DNA of 24,931 bases from a virus (lineage: Duplodnaviria > Caudoviricetes): positions 1-24,931 of the IMG/VR virus record IMGVR_UViG_3300017913_002419. One strand, 5' to 3'. The first letter of the stretch is position 1; each line of letters opens with the position of its first letter. A model generated the notes under the pieces. That model worked only from the letters and a program-made list of their open reading frames with translations. It was not told the origin of the DNA and searched no databases. Below are positions 23,943 to 24,931 of the stretch, one piece after another. A program made the translations under genes and the position numbers.

Positions 23943-24884
23943 TTAGTACTTAGTTCTGTGTTGCCTATAACTGGGTTTATCATTGAGTTTCAATTGCAAT
24001 TTATGTTGATAGTTGCTGTCTTCTTTTATGCCGTGTTTGTTTAGTGCTTTTACGCTTTTGCCAAATCTGCCGTCATCTGGATGATCATTGCGTGAATCTC
24101 TGTAGATAAAGTATTTCATTGGCCAATCAACAGATTGCACTTCGTCGATTGCCAATTCCTTGTATACTCGTGTCCAAACTTCTTCTACTTTGACAGTGCC
24201 GTACGGCGCACCTTCTTCGCATGTGTCAAGTGTTTTACGCCACTGCTGCATGTCCCACGTTTGTAAACGTTTGCCTGCTGCACGATTCCATGCAAACAAC
24301 CAATCGTTGCCCATTCTATGCATAGGCACACCTTGTTTGTTATGCGGCTTGTCTCTGTTGAATATAGCTGGCCCATCATGCTGTGGATAGAAGTGCGGTA
24401 CCAATTGTTCATGTGTGTACTCAATAGGTTCTGCTGTTATAAGATCCAATCTGGTTCGTGTTACAGTTTCATAGTCACCGACTTCAGGAACACACCATGT
24501 TTGATACTTTTGTACATAGCTGCTCCAGCTGGTCATATAACGATTACCAAAGTTGCCTTCCAGTTCCGCTTGACTAAACAACAGGATCCATTCGTTGATC
24601 ATTTGATCAAAGCTGTTCCAGCGTATTTCAGCTTGAGGAAACAGTTCACGTATTCTTTTTTCGTAATTGTTTTTCAACTGCGGTGAAATCGGTGTTCCTA
24701 GTCCTGAATAGTCTCCGTGCTTGAAATCCACATAGTTCCAAAACACTCTATGACTGTGACTGTCTGTGAGATTGAATATGACATCACAAACTTCGTGATC
24801 TATCATATTGTACACAGTGTTGAGCCCAAAATCAAAACAATGATCTCTGGGCTCTCCTGTTACTAATACTAAATGTTGCTTCAT
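23943..24884 (-). CDS. hypothetical protein, possible glycosyltransferase-like fold
   Basis: N-terminal 'LVTGEPR' and central 'YETVTRTRLD...GND' resemble viral SGxxR/RxRxD proteins. Confidence 0.6.
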   Translation of the reverse strand: MKQHLVLVTGEPRDHCFDFGLNTVYNMIDHEVCDVIFNLTDSHSHRVFWNYVDFKHGDYSGLGTPISPQLKNNYEKRIRELFPQAEIRWNSFDQMINEWILLFSQAELEGNFGNRYMTSWSSYVQKYQTWCVPEVGDYETVTRTRLDLITAEPIEYTHEQLVPHFYPQHDGPAIFNRDKPHNKQGVPMHRMGNDWLFAWNRAAGKRLQTWDMQQWRKTLDTCEEGAPYGTVKVEEVWTRVYKELAIDEVQSVDWPMKYFIYRDSRNDHPDDGRFGKSVKALNKHGIKEDSNYQHKLQLKLNDKPSYRQHRTKY

Positions 24885-24931
24885 TTGGTTTTGACGTTTT
24901 TAGCCTTCTTGCGACACGATCCTTTTTCGCC
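24881..24931 (-). CDS. 3' end of an upstream ORF (partial)
   Basis: Open frame GEKGSCRKKAKNVKTK* with TGA overlapping the ATG at 24884. Confidence 0.5.
   Translation of the reverse strand, partial: GEKGSCRKKAKNVKTK

Noticed and set aside
15-24686. All plus-strand ORFs in the track
   Set aside because: They are antisense shadows of tightly packed minus-strand genes, with no recognisable motifs
1-24931. tRNAs, CRISPR arrays, IS elements, stop-codon recoding
   Set aside because: Intergenic gaps are too short, no repeat-spacer pattern or transposase was seen, and all three stop codons end genes normally
1-24931. Apparent lack of restriction-site avoidance (GATC, GAATTC, GGATCC present) as evidence of modified DNA
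   Set aside because: Cannot be quantified by eye; needs observed/expected k-mer statistics

Overview
This is a gene-dense, entirely minus-strand segment of a large T4-like (myovirus-type) phage genome, probably aquatic; an alphaproteobacterial host is a guess. In transcription order it carries a GH19 endolysin region, a DsbA/GapR-like protein, a methyltransferase, a family-B DNA polymerase and a sliding clamp. A roughly 17 kb nucleotide-modification and metabolism cluster follows. That cluster encodes a TGT-fold DpdA-like transglycosylase, a QueD-paralog T-fold protein with an LxxxHRHxF (DpdL-like) motif, a GT-B glycosyltransferase, GalE, FolE, a MazG-like NTP pyrophosphatase, two phosphoribosyltransferases (one fused to an AbrB-like domain), a truncated UDP-glucose dehydrogenase, QueE with a split CX3CX49C motif, MetK, a dNMP kinase, a 2OG-Fe(II) oxygenase-like protein and the start of an RNase H/5'-3' exonuclease. 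No QueC, QueF or canonical QueD is visible. The most interesting hypothesis is a QueC-independent 7-deazaguanine DNA modification system coupled to sugar-nucleotide/glycosyltransferase and base-salvage genes, which could give a glycosylated or pre-replicatively incorporated deazapurine. Also seen: seven sigma70-type promoters (two predicting leaderless mRNAs), one T4 late promoter, a candidate pseudoknot in the folE leader, and three unannotated microproteins. All family calls come from motif recognition; no database searches were run.
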